A stretch of 64,000 nt of DNA from Anthoceros angustus (lineage: Eukaryota; Plantae; Anthocerotophyta), in assembly GCA_010909165.1 (NCBI GenBank), contig MU008178.1, positions 446,369 through 510,368 of the forward strand, given 5' to 3'. A model generated the notes under the pieces. That model had not been told where the DNA came from. It was given only the letters and a program-made list of their open reading frames with translations, and made no database searches. The position numbers and the translations under genes were made by a program. Of this stretch, positions 34,845-47,000 are shown in pieces. Position 1 is the stretch's first letter; each line of letters begins with the position of its first letter.

Positions 34845-35652
34845 GGCAGTGGAATGCCACAAGCTGCTAATGTGTCCAAAATAGCTTTGTCCAAATTGAC
34901 ACATTTATGAGAACGCCATTGTTAAAGCATCTGCGCTTTGATCAGAACTTAATTGGGATGCTTAAAGGAAGTGGATGCCCTTGGTGGAAGAAGGTTAGGC
35001 ATACCATGATACAAAAAGTTCAATATCAAGTACATGACGAAATTCCGTTTAATGGACTATAATAGAATTCTTCAACTGCTACTTATTTAGTTACCTACGA
35101 ATTCATGGATAGTTTCTTATCCCACACCACACATAGATACTTAGCAGGTTACCAATTTGAGACCAGTCCTTGACTTCCGTTTCCTCTATAAACTGGGACA
35201 GGAGTGCATTGTGATTGGACATCCACATTTCTGGTGTTTGGCGGATGTGGAAAAACTTCCTACTTATCAGTTGAGGTGCAATAATCTTGCTTTCATGACA
35301 TTGTTACAGATGGGCTGCATGAGTCGAACTGTGAGGCGATAGGCCCTTTGTCAGGAATCGGTGATATGTGGTCCCGCGGAAGGGTGCTGCGTGGTTGATG
35401 CTCGCTGTGCCGAGATTGTGCGCGAGAAGCCGCTGAGGCAGTGGAGGAATGGAGCTGGTCACCCTGCTCTGCTTCATGGGCGGCTTCTTCGGCCAACTGG
35501 GAGTTGTGGTGGTGCGGCTGAGGGCCATTCTTATGTACACGCAGTCCATGTTGCGTTATGTGCAATACATAGCCGAGAACAGAGAGCGGTTTATCTTGTT
35601 TTAGGGTGTATGGTATTTGGATGTAGCTGAATTTTAGCGCGGAGAAGCGAAG

Positions 35653-36406
35653 ATGATGAAAGATCGGGCCGTCAGGGGTGAGGGCGGGAGGAAGCCTAAT
35701 AAGAAGCGGCTGGGAGGCGGGGGGCTTAGTTTGGAGGCCTTTGCTGCAGCCAAGAGCAAGCCCAGGGTTAACCCTGCGCAAATTCGTATGTCCGCTTCGT
35801 TTGCATCTGCTGGAGTTCACTTGACACTGCTTGTTTGCCTGCTTCTTGACGCTGTGGCTCTGGATGCACTTCTTGCTCGCAGGCCAGCAAAGGGAGTTCT
35901 ATCAGAACGCCAAGAAGATACAAAAGTTCAGAAAATTTGTGAGACGCCTAGGGGAGAAGAAGGTGCGGTTATTCTGGCATGTCTGGTTTCAAGAAGGCAT
36001 GGCATGGCATGGGAGGGATGCTGATCTTGAATTATCGCCTGTGCAGGGTGCTTCTGAAGAAGAGAAAACAGGTGATATAGCTGCCGAAGCTGTGTTTCTC
36101 CAGGGGGCTGACGGAGGTGGGAAGGTTACCTCGAGAGGCGAGACAAGACAGGGGAACAGGAGAAAACCTAAACCTAAATCGCAGCTGGAGAAATTACGGG
36201 AAGAGTTTGAGAGGAAGAAGAAAGAGGAGGAGGAGGTCGAAAGGGAGAAAGAAGAAGCTCGTCAAGCTCAGAGGGAGGCGCATGAAAAGGCCCAGCGGGC
36301 GAGGAAAGATCTCCAAGCGAAGATGAGGAAGAGGACGCGTTCTGGCCAGCCTGTTATGAAGTACAGAATGGAGCACATTTTGGAAACGTTACAACGAACT
36401 TCATGA
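35653..36406 (+). CDS. rRNA-processing protein, FYV7-like; 3 exons (35653-35785, 35883-35962, 36047-36406)
   Basis: LSLEAFAAAK, REFYQNAKKIQKF, charged coiled coil, KRTRSGQPVMKYRMEHILE; in-phase GT-AG introns. Confidence 0.85.
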
Positions 36407-36822
36407 TCTCAGACACCTGAACAGACGGCTTGCTTGCACACCAGGTGATTGGATCTGATAACTTGATTTTGTACTTTGAGTGGAAGGCACGTCTTGGCGT
36501 GAGAGCTGTTGGGAGCTGTGTTGAAGTCGTGAACGTTTGATCGGCGTGGATGTACGGACACGCCGTTGGATGGTGGTGATTCCTTTCCACAGCCTGCAGG
36601 GGGTTTTAACTTGTAAGTACTAGCTCGGGGACTAGGTGGTATGCAGACCAAGGCGTGGTTTGTGTAACCACTCACACCTCATCTTAGGTCCATTTGCAGC
36701 TCCTGGGGTAGCACACAGGACGGGCTACACTAGCAAGGCGGCAAGGCTAAAGGATATGCGGATGGAATCAGTTGTACAGTCCAAGATTAGGAAGTACCTG
36801 GACCACGTTCCTGATTTGTCAG

Positions 36823-38781
36823 TCAAGTTCCTTCAAGAGCAGAGGCACCAGAGATGATTTCAATTAGCTCTGTCGTGATTTTTGCTTGCCGTGATCTGTC
36901 AAAAGCATATCAAAAGCTTTCAATGGTGAGCACCTCGAGTATCGGAGCCTTTGAATACTGTAAAAAGATAACGCGCACCTGTTATAGCTCAGCGTCAAAG
37001 CTTCAAGCATGTCAGAAGCGTTCCTTGAGGAATTATCCATCGCCGACATCCTTGCACCCATTTCACTCGCAGTGTTTTCCAAAAGTGCGTTGTATAATTG
37101 CTGCAGCATAGATGGTGAGGAGTCAATGATCTCGTCTCCATCGTTTAACGTGAGCAGTCCAAGGTGAACAAAAAATGCAGGGCATATACGCCAGGAATGC
37201 TGACACCGCGCCATAGCATGAACAAGCCAAGGAGTTCAAACAACCAAAAAGCGAGCTTGCCCACCGCAGTGAACCCGAGCTCAGCCAGATTCAGCAGGAC
37301 GTCGTACTTCGACTCATCATCCTCTATCTGATAACCATCGATTACCGCCGGTTTCCCTCCCGCAGACTCTTTGGCCATGGACTGCACAAATGCTTAACAT
37401 GACAGATGTATTTGGGTCTTGCAGGGCAGAGATGCACGGAAAAGCCTGAAAATGGCATCCACAACAAGAACTAACCTCCGGTGACAGCACAGTTGCCACA
37501 GTTGCTTCGAATGAGACAACAGATCTGAACTTGTTGAAAACAAGCTTAATCGTATCGTACTCCAAGCTTTTTAATATCTCATCTGCCATCATTGATACCT
37601 GAGACAAAGAAGTGTCCCATTAGAGGTGCCATGATCATACCTACCCTACCCAAACACATTTGTATCAAAGGCATCCAGGTATGGTGGAAAAGGATGTAAC
37701 ACCTGGCTGAAACTGATGCCTGCTTTCTGAGTCTCACTGACTGTGACTGCAATGTGCTGCCTTGCATCTCTTGAAAGCTGAGCTTTGCCCTTCTCCCCAA
37801 TGACAACGTACTTTGCATTTTTACTCGCGGCTGGTGGAAAGAAGCAGATTGTGGACAGGAATTTAGCAAGCTTCACGCAAACCAAATTAGCCTTGCTAGA
37901 GTTCTTGATTATTTTATGCCAGATTTGAGGCATCCATAAAACCTGTGGCCATTTTGAAGAAGCCTTTGCTCATCTTCACGGAGGTTGAGTTGATGCCACC
38001 ACAAAGACCTCGGTCACTTGATACGGTGACAATCACCTGTTTATTTCCCTCGTTATCTGCATGCAAGATGCCAAATCTCCACGGGCTTGGAAAGTTGGAA
38101 CATGGAGTTCAAAGTCGTGAAGATGGGCGGAGACCTGGGGTCAAGTATGAGAGGAACAACCACCGTACCAGGGTTATCTCCCAGCATAGCAACAAAGGGT
38201 ATCGGTATACCCCGAGAACCCTCAACCTTCACCTGAACACCCCTTAGCTTAGAAGCAGCAACCATCTTCATGGCCTTGGTAATCTTCTGGATACTCCTAA
38301 CACTTTTCATCCTACTCCGCACTGCCAGATCAAGCAGGGTACAGTCGTCCGCCCATTGTTTACCGCAGAGCAAAAAACCCAAAAAGCTCTTCAACAAGTG
38401 AGATTTACAGGTAATATGGCATACCCACTTGGTTTGAGGCCAGCCGAGCCCCAAACGGAGCCATCTCCCTGCACAATGCCACAATGTATGAGGTTCAGTT
38501 TGAGGTCGTGCCACCCACCAAGAAAAGGCTTGTGGCAGACAGCTGCATGCATTTCCCGGAAAAAAGACCCAAGACCTTCCCCTCAAAGCTCCCATGAGGC
38601 TAGCAGACACCTTGCGCGGGTGAGCAAGGACGAGATATAGCACATACCAGGCACACACGGTGTCCGCTGCCATGCCCGATGCAGGCCAAGCGGCTCGCTG
38701 CGAAGCCGAAGCAGCAGCAGGCGCCGATTGAAGCATTGGGGTGAAGCGGAGAAGGCCGCGGCGAGCATTGGCCCACGCCAT
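36823..38781 (-). CDS. ATP3: Mitochondrial F1-ATP synthase gamma subunit, multi-exon
   Basis: Presequence [13 protein letters not shown]; [23 protein letters not shown]; [10 protein letters not shown]; [17 protein letters not shown]; [19 protein letters not shown]. Confidence 0.96.
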
Positions 38782-39066
38782 GGACGTCGCCTGCTGCAAG
38801 CAACTGCGAGAGCTGATGAACGAATGTACCGACCGCCGAGGCTTCACGTCTGTCGGACTCGGACTTGCTTATTGCATTAATTTTTGTTTAGTTGGCCCGG
38901 CACTACATAGTTACGGTACCTAGTAATGGTTAAGAATTTGGCTTGCAAATCGAGTGTATCGACATAGGTATGTAGATGCAGGTATGTACATACATACTGT
39001 ACATGTTCATACATACTCTGGCGAGTAACGGGGGAAAGACGTGGTGGCACAGAGAGAGTGGTAATA

Positions 39067-39093
39067 TGACCGTTAGGCGGGAGGAAATTCAAA
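39067..39093 (-). promoter_or_regulatory. MSA element (MYB3R site) with adjacent CHR-like TTTGAA in the Aurora/ATP3 divergent promoter
   Basis: TGACCGTTAGG is the reverse complement of CCTAACGGTCA, an exact YCYAACGGYYA match about 125 bp upstream of the Aurora ATG; TTCAAA at 39088-39093. Confidence 0.7.
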
Positions 39094-39198
39094 TGGCCGG
39101 CAAAAGATGCCAACCCTGGAGCCATTCTTCGCCTGCATTGCGCCTTCAGCTGCTCTGCGTCCTCGGCCTGGTCGCGGCCTACGGTGTTGGATGAGGTC

Positions 39199-40977
39199 AT
39201 GGCTGCGCTGGATCCGTCTGCCAAGCGTTCCTTCTCGCAGGTGCGCACCACGTTTCTCAGCGCATTGGGGGGACTAGGGTACCGCAGGCCGGCCTCCCGG
39301 TCACAATGGTGCTTGCGTGCTCGGGTTTCCTGACTTGGTTGCCGGAGCCAATGGGTGCACCTGATTGTGCTCATGTCTGGGAGGTCTGTTTCTGTTGTGC
39401 AGGGATCTTCCGGTGTGACCGAAGAGCCTGCGGTGAGGGATGAGAAGGCGGACGAGAAAAGGTGGTCCCTTACTGACTTCGACATCGGGAAGCCGCTGGG
39501 AAGGGGAAAATTTGGCAACGTTTACCTCGCGCGGGAGAGAAGGGTGAGTTGCTTTGCTCGATCCCGCCTTGAGTGGAGTGTGGGAGGTAGTTTGTGCTGA
39601 CGCTGGTTTCGTGGTTGCTTGTTTAGAGTAAGTATGTTGTGGCGTTGAAGGTGCTCTTCAAGAGCCAGTTGCAACAGTCTCAAGTCGAACATCAATTGCG
39701 GCGTGAGATTGAGATCCAAAGCCATTTGCGGCATCCAAACATCTTGCGGCTGTATGGCTACTTCTACGACACGGTAAGCTGGGGTGATATCTGAACCTGT
39801 TGATGGGATGGCGGGTTATGTGTGTTGATGATTTTCATTTTTGTTGTACCAGAATCGTGTGTACCTCATCTTGGAGTACGCTGCAAAAGGAGAGCTGTAC
39901 AAGGAACTGCAAAGATGCAAAGTCTTCAACGAGAAACGTGCTGCCACTGTATGAGCTGTGAAGTTTGCGGTCCTTGTATGAATGGGGTGCTTTGTGTCTA
40001 ACGATGCACAGGTTCTTCGGCTCTTACAATGTGTCGTACATGCTGCCAGTACATTGCCTCATTGGCTCGAGCACTTATTTACTGTCATGATAAACATGTG
40101 ATCCACCGTGACATCAAGCCTGAGAACCTGCTCATTGGGGTTAAGGTATTTCAGCTTTTTCCGTGGCTGGAGCTTGGGGACTCCTGTCTTGGATTTGGAG
40201 GACAGGCTAGTCATCACTCAGTCTTTATGATGCCCTTTCTGCTCTTTTCAGGGTGAGCTGAAGATTGCAGACTTTGGATGGTCGGTACACACCAGCAATA
40301 GACGGCGAACACTCTGTGGGACACTTGACTACCTGCCTCCCGAGATGGGTATGTAGAAGCTGTTTCCAGCATGGGCTACAAGCTGTTCTAGTGTGATCTG
40401 CTTCCTGCTTGACAGATATATCCCTGCAGTTGTCGTATCTAGCTCATTATTCGAGTTCATGTTCGTTGCAGTGGAAAGCAAAGAACACGATACTGGGGTG
40501 GACGTTTGGAGCTTAGGAATTCTTTGCTACGAGTTCTTATATGGCAGCCCTCCATTTGAAGCAAAAAGGCACTCAGATACGTATGACAGGTGCGTGTTGT
40601 AGACCGAGGTCGTTGTGCCTACCTGGATGAGTTGGGAGCTTTTTCTCCGTCTGGGTGGATGACTTGGTTACGACCACGATCTGTGTTGGTGTTTCAGAAT
40701 TGTCCGGGTTGACCTAAAGTTCCCTCCGAAGCCTCTGGTGTCTGCTGCCGCCAAGGACTTGATCTCTCAGGTGCCCTGTAATCCGATGGCTGCTGTTTCA
40801 CAGAGTTCCATCACCAGTCATGCATGCTCTTCATCGCTGTTGCCTAACGTCATCAGCTCTTGCCTTGCGCAGCTGCTGGTGAAGGATTCCGAAAAACGGC
40901 TGCCGCTGCAGCAAGTGCTCAATCATCCGTGGATTCTCGCCAATGCCAATTCCACCAGTGGAGTGAATGGCAGTTGA
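39199..40977 (+). CDS. AUR1: Aurora kinase (alpha-Aurora/AUR1-like), 9 exons
   Basis: [85 protein letters not shown]; canonical introns. The symbol denotes family-level likeness. Confidence 0.96.
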
Positions 40978-41497
40978 ACCCTCCTGCCTGTAATTAGCTC
41001 GATCAGGGAGACTGTATTTTAGGTGCCACAAATCAACATTCATTCTCGGCAGAGTCTCAAACTTGATTCTGTCTTTGTACGTTCCGAAATGTCCACGCAG
41101 GCTCACTGCAGTGTTTCCTCGTAGAGAACCTATCGTGCATAATGTGAGAATCTGTGAAATTCTATTGCAAGTGTCAGACCTAAAATGTTCATTCTGAATT
41201 GGCATGACTTTTATAAGTATCTCATAATGATATTCTTCTTACAGTATTGTAAACTAAATAAGAAATATTATGAATTATATTAATACCTATTCACATATTT
41301 TCATACTACAAAACTTATATTGTAATATAATTTTAATTGGATAATAGAATTTTCAATGATCTTAATAAGAAAGGTTGTCTTTATCCTTTCATGTGAAAGG
41401 CTGAAAAGTGTAAAAACAATGAACTGCCTATACTGATGATATTGTTAATGATTCTTGTTTCAAAAATCAGAGCATAAACATCTTGGCATATAAAGCA

Positions 41498-42298
41498 ATG
41501 TTGAATCACAAGAAAGTAGAATGGTCTTTGGTAATTATCTTGATATCCAGGATAATAATAAAATGTGAAAGTGGCTATTCAGATAGCAATTCAGTAATGA
41601 GGCCTTGTACTCCAACTCCAGCTCTAAAGTTGGGAGATGCTATCACTATCGGAGTATTATTAGGGGGAGATGAAGCTGCAAGTTGGTACAATTCATCTAG
41701 ATTGGATTATGGTCAAATGGACCCTTGTAGCAAAAAATTTCATTCAGCAGTATCTCCTATTCGGCTTGCAATCTTTAGACCAAAATTGGATGCACTTACA
41801 ATGTTCCATGTAAATAATCAAAGTATCAAAGACCTCATGTCAGCTAACTCCAATGTTTTGAGTGTCATGGTGTACGCTTCATCAGCATTGACCAATGCCA
41901 CAGTGTATTCAGTTCCAAGATATTTCTCCACTTCCTACGGTAGGATAGGGGGCTTAACCCTTGTAGCCGTATTTCAAGAAGGGCTCCTCACTGGATTTCA
42001 ATGGAAGAACCAGAATTGTGTTGCTTGTGGGCAAAGCATTTCAGAATGCGTAGAAGGAAGCTGCATCACCCTTCACAGTGAATGCGGCCTTGCAGAAAAT
42101 GCGCAAGCTTGCAGTTTTGCCATAAATCTTGCGTTTTCAGGATCGGACCGCAAGAAAGTGGTACTACAAACTTGGTATCAAGTGAGTCAAATAAATAGGT
42201 TCTCCCTCTCGAGTGTTTACAGCTCCTTGAAACAAAAGATCAACAATGAATTTGGTAGCAGCGATACCGGGACGGAAGACGCATACCTAGGCGGTTAA
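41498..42298 (+). CDS. Expp1-like Cys-rich putatively secreted plant protein, intronless
   Basis: Hydrophobic N-terminus; DSNSVMRPC, LAIFRPKLD, LTLVAVFQEGLL..FQWK..C..C, INLAFSGSDRK..VL.TWYQV...FSL..VYSSLK follow the family pattern. Confidence 0.8.
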   Translation: MLNHKKVEWSLVIILISRIIIKCESGYSDSNSVMRPCTPTPALKLGDAITIGVLLGGDEAASWYNSSRLDYGQMDPCSKKFHSAVSPIRLAIFRPKLDALTMFHVNNQSIKDLMSANSNVLSVMVYASSALTNATVYSVPRYFSTSYGRIGGLTLVAVFQEGLLTGFQWKNQNCVACGQSISECVEGSCITLHSECGLAENAQACSFAINLAFSGSDRKKVVLQTWYQVSQINRFSLSSVYSSLKQKINNEFGSSDTGTEDAYLGG

Positions 42299-42794
42299 TG
42301 TTGTCACTCCATGGAAGCCAGTCCATGTATGAGAAATAATGAATCCTTTGTGGTACAATGCTTTTTTTAGAAATTATATACTATTTATAGATGTGTGGAA
42401 TAAAAGATTAAATTTATTTAAAGAAAGGTATACCGTACCGGATGGTGATTTTAAATGGGATGGGTATTGCATACCATACCTAGTTGCCCCGAGTTTTAAT
42501 TGATGCTGTGTGCCCGTCCGCCATGCCCGGGTGGAAGAGCAACCCTCGTACTCCACCTCGTGCGAGGAGTCGTGGAATCGTTTGGTGGTTGCAGTGGGCG
42601 GATCCTGTGGGCGAGGGGGCGAGGGCTAGCCCGTATGGGAATCAATTCCTGACATGGAATTTGGCATGATGCGGGCATCGATCAGCAGGGTGAGGGGTGA
42701 AGAGGGAGGAAAGGAAATTATTGAATGGCTACAGTTTTGGCGCAGAGCGGGCACAGCGTTGTCCTGGTCACTGATGTAGCGGTGGGAGGGTAGG

Positions 42795-42862
42795 AGGGCA
42801 GGAGGGCAGAGGGCAGAGGGCAGAGGGCAGGAAGGCAGGAAGGCAGGAAGGCAGGAGGCAGG
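42795..42862. repeat. Purine-rich simple repeats (GGGCAGA / GGCAGGAA)
   Basis: Directly visible. Confidence 0.85.
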
Positions 42863-43228
42863 AGGAATATCCATGAACAGCGTGCTGGTTTCATGTCGCA
42901 ATCGCAATTTGCAGGGCTTGTGAGAGGTGGTGGGGTGACGCAGCCAATGCGCAGGCCGGCCAGGCGGGCGGCGGGCCACCTCCGCTTTTTATCCCCCCGG
43001 GCCCCGCGCGCACACCCACTTGCCACGCACGCGACTCACGATTCCACCGCCCTTCTAATTAAAGACGCTTCCTTCGATCTGTTACGAGCAAGTCAGAAGA
43101 AGAAGAAGGAGAAGGAGGAGAAGGAGATGTAGCGAGTCCTAGTTCTAGTGCCAGTTCTAGTCCTAGTGCAATCCCATTGGCTAGGGAATCGCAAGTGGCC
43201 CAGCTGCCTCCCCGCCACCAGGACCCCC

Positions 43229-43245
43229 TGACGTGTCACGTGACG
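43229..43245. promoter_or_regulatory. Overlapping ABRE and G-box upstream of the CTR1-like gene
   Basis: TGACGTGTCACGTGACG contains ACGTGTC and CACGTG; motif match only. Confidence 0.4.
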
Positions 43246-43677
43246 CCGGAAAGGGGAAAAGGCCTCTTTTGTTCTCACTCGCTTCCGCGTTCACACAGCC
43301 CCGGCTGCCCGCTCCCCGCGATTATGAGCCCGCCGCGCAAGTGGCCAAGTGGGGCTGGCAAGTGCCATGTGATGGTACCCGCATGCGGGCCATCCTGGCC
43401 GCTCTCACAAATATCGCCGGCCGCGCCCGCTCCCCCGCTTCCCCGCTGCCGCAGGCCGGGCGTTTCGAAGCGCGGTTCGAAACGCCGGGCACCTGCGCAC
43501 GGCCCCCTGGCCCCCTGGCCCGGCTCTCTCTGCCCGCCTCCCCCGTCGCCGGATTGCGCACCCGCCCGTGACTTGTGCGGCAACCCCATCCCATCCCATC
43601 CCATCGCATCCCATCCCGGGGCGTGTACGAGGGCCTGGCTCGCATGGAGCGCTGGCAGCACAAGCTGGTGGCCTCCC

Positions 43678-43775
43678 AGGACAGGGACAGGGGCAGGGAC
43701 CAGGGCCAGGACCGGAACCAGGACCAGGACCACAACCAGGACCAGCACCAGCACCAGCACCAGCACCAGCACCAG
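43678..43775. repeat. Hexamer microsatellite (CAGGAC/CAGCAC)n upstream of the CTR1-like CDS
   Basis: Directly visible. Confidence 0.9.
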
Positions 43776-44048
43776 ATTGTCTTCTTCTGGAGGGAAGGGG
43801 AGTGGGGTGGGTGAGGTTGTGAATGAGCCAACGAACCGATGAACGATTGAATGCGCGCTGCAAGCAACACCAATTCTGCCTCAGCATCATCTGGCTCAGC
43901 CTCTGCACCAGCCGCAGCCTCGGCATCGTCAGCTGCCCGTGCTCCTCCTCGTCACCCTCAAGCTGCTGCTGTTGCTGCTGCCGGCCCCGGGGGGCGCACA
44001 GGATGCGGCGCTGCTCTCGCCAGGCCCAGGCCCATGCGCTGTTCAGAT

Positions 44049-47000
44049 ATGCCGGTGCGGAGATCAGACTATGCGCTCCTCCAACAGCTTGACGACTCGC
44101 CGCACCACATCGCCTCCGCCTACCCGCTCGGGCTGCAGCTGCAGGACAAGCGCCCGCATTCTTCCGCCTTGAATCTGCCGTCGCCGCACGAGGATGAGCT
44201 CTCCTACGACACCTACGCCTACGGGCCGCCACCGGAGGCCGCGTCGGTGACCTCTAATCCGCCCCTGCCCCTGCCTCTGCCTCTGCCTTCGGTATCCTAC
44301 CCCTGGCCCGATCGCAGGCCTGCGCTGCCGGACAAGGACAAGGACAGGGACAGGGACAAGGGCTTGTTCGGCGCGGCCATCCGGAATGCGGCCTTCCACC
44401 CGCTGGACGCGGGGGCCGCCGGGGACCAGGACGCGTTGCCGCACTCGGACAGCGGCCCGTTCAAGGCCGCGGGGGCCTGGGTTTCGGCCGCTGCGGCGCC
44501 GGCTGAGTGCTTCAGCACCGGTTGGAGCGGGGGGCCCTTCTCCGAGCCGCTCTACAGGGACTCCAGCGGGAGCAGCTTCACCGACAGCTTCCCGTCCTTG
44601 GATTCCTCGGATGTTCGAGGGGATTTTGCGCCGGTCAAGTGCGACTCCACCTTCTTGCACTTCCTCTACGGGCACGCTCCGGACAAGAATGACTCCGAGT
44701 CCAGGCCCCTGGAACGCCAGTACAGCTGGGCGCAGCAGACGGAACAGACCTACTCTTTGCAGCTCGCCGTCGCCCTGCGGATGGTCGCGGAGGCGGAGCG
44801 CACGGAGGAGCCTTCCCTGCTTGCCGGGGTTCGGCCTTTCTCCTCCAGGAAAGGGGAGTGTGTGGAGGCCACTGCTCATCGACTATGGGTAAGGTTGCAC
44901 AGCTTTCCGCATGTTTGCAGGGCACGGGGAGATGTAGCCCGTGTTTCAGGTCGGTGATGCGGCTGCTGGTGCCCATCCTTGCAGGTGAACGGCAGCCTGG
45001 GGTACAATGACAGGGTGGAGGATGGGTTCTACCACATCTGGGGAATGAATCCGCATGTCTGGAGCATGTGCAACGACTCGGGGAGCCAGATGCCTTCTTT
45101 GGAGTCGCTGCGTGCCGTGGATCATGCCGATGCGTCCTTTGATGTCATCGTGGTGGATAAGAATGCTGATTCGCACCTTCGTGAACTGGAACACAAGGCT
45201 CTCGAGAAGTCCCAAGGCTTGTCGGACTTCCGAGTGCTTGCGGAACAGCTTGGCAAGTTGGTGTGCAGTTTGCTCGGGTAAGGCAAATTCAACAGCAGTT
45301 TGCTTGGGTCGACTAGGTCATTGCCTGTTTTTTAACTCTCTGGATTCAGATCCGAGCTGACATGTATCTTCCTACTTGGGACTGAAGGGGCGCAGCTCCT
45401 TGCGAGGATGGAGACTTAATACACAGATGGGAGGAGAGCAGCAGGGCTTTGAAGGAGTGTGTGAATTCTGTCGTGCTTCCGATCGGTAGCCTGTCAGTCG
45501 GCCTTTGTCGGCACAGAGCCTTGCTTTTCAAGGTATGGCACTGGGACACGGTTGAATCTATGCGGCAAGGCCCTGTCGAGCAGTGGAAGCTCGCCAGAGG
45601 CACAGCATGGCCTGCCTTGCTTCCTCAGTCTCTGCTCTTCACTGTGGTAAACTGCTACAATTGTCTCCTTGTATTTGTTTCGCCCCTTTTCCTGAGCGAA
45701 TGTGCTCTGTCTGCAGAGGTTAGCAGATAAGGTCAAATTGCCTTGCCGGATAGTCCGTGGGTGTAAATATTGCTGCTTGGAGGAAGGGCTGTCGTGCAAT
45801 ATACTGGGTGGGGTTGACAGGTCTGTGCTGCTTCTGGCCTGGTTTGCGCCACGTGTTTCTAGTGTTGCTCACAAATAGTTGAACTTACACTTGAGATTGA
45901 TTTGTGCAGAGAATTCTACGTTGATCTGATTGCAAGGCCTGGCCAGCTATGTGAGCCGGACTCATCCTTGCTTGGTTGTTCATCGAACACAGTTGCTTCA
46001 CCATTACGCATGGCTGATTCCATAGACTCTCAAAATGAGAGATCTATGAGCAGATTTAACGGCTCTCGTGGCAGCTCTTCCTCAGACTCTAGCTCACAAG
46101 CTGTTGAAGAAGGTAAGCCAGGGACCTAACGGAGGGCGGCTCTGTGTGCATTAGTCAAGGATGTTTGCCAAAGGTCTGAGGAGAGTGGTCGGGTTTGGCT
46201 CTCTAAGCGTTTTGCCCTGTAGGTATAGAGTGATGTGCTCGAGTTGAGCACAACCTGTTGCCTCTTTGAAGATTGCCCTTTTGTCTAACTACAACTTCTG
46301 TGCACAGGCGTAAAACGACGAGCAGCCAGAATGAAGCAGTTTGAAAATTATCGGCTTTCACCTGGCAGCTTGTGGCCAGTGCGATCTTCTGTAGCTGTTT
46401 CCAGTGCTGAGGATGTCATAATCCAAGGAGGTTTTAGGGTAGACATTGATGTTGCCAGCAGTGCGAGTCCACAGCAAAGGCTTGAAGTAGGTGTAGGGAG
46501 AGTGCATGGAGCAGGAGTAGACGGCTTTTGCGGAAAGGAACCTGGTCCTGAGCCCAGTGGTTCTCCACTAGGAAATTCCATCAACGAGGGCAAGCGCCCA
46601 TCAGGTCATGAGAAAGATAACCTCAAAGATGCTCAAAGGGATTTTCTGGAGAGGATTCAGGGAATGAAGACCAATGATGAGCATTTCAACACCGCGGGTA
46701 CTGAAATCTCATTAGCAGTGGTTGAAGGCAAAGCTCTCCATGGGGTCCTAGACTATGAAATATCATGGGAGGATCTGAAGATGGGTGAGCGCGTTGGACA
46801 CGGTGAGTTGTTGCTCAATAACGTCAGGTTTATACGCTTGCTGCTTTGGTGTGCAGAGTATGTCGTGTGCTGTATGCTGTACTTTCTCTACAGACTGGTT
46901 TGGGGTTGGTGAGTGCATCTTCAATGCATTTCTTTTGTTTGTCCCTGATGTATAGTTGTTTGCACATAAAATGTGCAGGATCATTTGGAACTGTGCTTAG

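Larger units (their letters stand above)
33300..35528 (-). pseudogene. Spliced gene relic, copy 2, broken by insertions
   Basis: N-terminus homologous to 10252; SFCRCWTKRLGAAMVC aligns with SFCLGWTKKLRAAIAC near 9850; homologous intron 3' end (CACGTCTCC at ~33616 and ~9950). Confidence 0.5.

Noticed and set aside
42428-42660. Possible MITE fragment with ATGGG/CCCG motifs
   Set aside because: No TIR pair or TSD could be established.
43459-43486. 11-bp IR GGCGTTTCGAA/TTCGAAACGCC as a heat-shock element
   Set aside because: GAA/TTC spacing does not fit the nGAAnnTTCn pattern; isolated hairpin.
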